Assembly: GCF_036321535.1 (NCBI RefSeq)
Contig: NC_087436.1
Location: forward strand, 62,746,001 to 62,810,000
DNA length: 64,000 nt
Direction: 5' to 3'
Source: Camelus dromedarius
Lineage: Eukaryota
The notes beneath the pieces were generated by a model, which made no database searches, was not told the DNA's origin, and worked only from the letters and a program-made list of their open reading frames with translations. Of the stretch, positions 62,857-64,000 are shown in pieces; within the stretch, counting starts at the first letter, position 1; every line of letters starts with the position of its first letter. The position numbers and the translations under genes are program-made.

Positions 62857-64000
62857 TCCCACTGTTCACTCTTGATTGAGAAGCATCTAACAGCACAGTC
62901 AAACGGGAAGGAAGAGAAGGCTGAAAACTCACAGAGGTGCCAGGGACAGCAGCAGGAGAGAGCCTCTCCTTGCAATGGGGAAATTTGTGGGGGATACAAA
63001 TAAAAATCTTGAGGGAAAGAGTCTCCCTTCTTCAGGCTTTGCATTTGGCCTAGAGAAAATGGTGTGCATGGCAGCATCATGGTAAATATAAAAGTCAAAG
63101 ATTTAGAAAGAAATCATTTCAAACACCACAAGCGTGAATGCTACGCATGCTGCAAAATTAATGTTTCTCTCCACAAAAGTTATTTTGATACCTCCCTACC
63201 AAAACCCTTCCTATTTTTGTCAGTCTTTTAGAATTTCTCATCTGTTCTTTTCCATTTCCGAATCATTTGCAATTTTCTGCTACAATAGCTTTATCCACAA
63301 TGTTAAAAAGTAAAATACATTGACTGAAAATTTTATATATAAGCGTACAGAACTATTGATTTAAAATTCATTACGCATCAACCAGAATAGATAATTTAGC
63401 ACAGTATGGTGTTCTGACTTCAGAAATAATTTTCCAATGATTAGTCTCTCTCTCTTTTTCTATTTGTTTTCATCGTTGCTGTGAATGCATATACACCTCT
63501 TGTTTATTTGGTTCAGAGGTTTGGCGGTTCTGGGTGTCAGGAGCTGACCCATCTCTTCCACTTCTGTAAATGAGCAGCTCAACCACAGGTCTGCTCGCAT
63601 CATCAGCTGTGCTTCACTGAGCACACCGGCGAGTCTCACAGACTCCGGGTTCTTTCTTTCAGGAGCAGGCTGCTTTTGCTAAGCAATATATATGTTATCT
63701 CTCTTATTTCAGACCCTTTGCTTCTGTACATCAACGCCTAGAATTCATCTTATCAGAGAAGTCAACAGGGAAGTGGAAAATGTAGTTTAAATTGTAGGGA
63801 AAACCCAATTTTCTTTTTTTAAATGAAATGCATGAGGTTGGCCTGGCTGGTCATAGAAATTTAAAATCTCTCTCTTTACTCATGTTAGATATCTCCAAGG
63901 GGGAGATCTTCGGGACAATTTAGCATTCGTGGATTTCCTAAACAGGAAGAGAACTTTGGGGTCTTACAGGAGGTGTAGAAAGTTACGAGAACGATGCCCA

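Noticed and set aside
1..64000. The many 60-137 aa ORFs in the ORF track outside L1 ORF2
   Set aside because: They have low-complexity F/L/I/K/Y-rich composition typical of random AT-rich DNA, many start at non-ATG codons or overlap repeats, and none resembles a protein I recognise
1..64000. CRISPR array, operon or other prokaryotic or viral system
   Set aside because: No regularly spaced repeat-spacer units and no gene-dense segment; the composition and repeats are mammalian throughout

Overview
This is AT-rich, CpG-depleted mammalian genomic DNA, almost certainly camelid (camel, llama or alpaca lineage). The assignment rests on two tRNA-Ala-derived Vic-1-type SINEs and cetartiodactyl-type L1 3' ends. 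I recognise no host protein-coding gene, RNA gene or CRISPR array; the window reads as a long intron or gene desert. The only recognisable protein homology is LINE-1 ORF2: a young, 5'-truncated, disabled ~3.2 kb copy at 26082-29278 plus older fragments. The rest is layered interspersed repeats (old L1, L2, MIR, MaLR and ERV1 solo LTRs, hAT-Charlie MITEs), microsatellites and repeat-poor unique sequence. Repeat family names come from my recall of consensus sequences, and boundaries of old elements are approximate. I found no convincing new biological system. The best leads are: (1) a recursive-splice-site-like motif TTTTTTCAG|GTAAGT on the minus strand at ~51337; (2) an internal L1 fragment with no 3' end or poly(A), flanked by an 8-bp direct repeat (57827-58148); (3) perfect hairpins inside old repeats that may record template switching; (4) several unverified exon candidates; (5) a CpG- and hairpin-rich block at the right edge.
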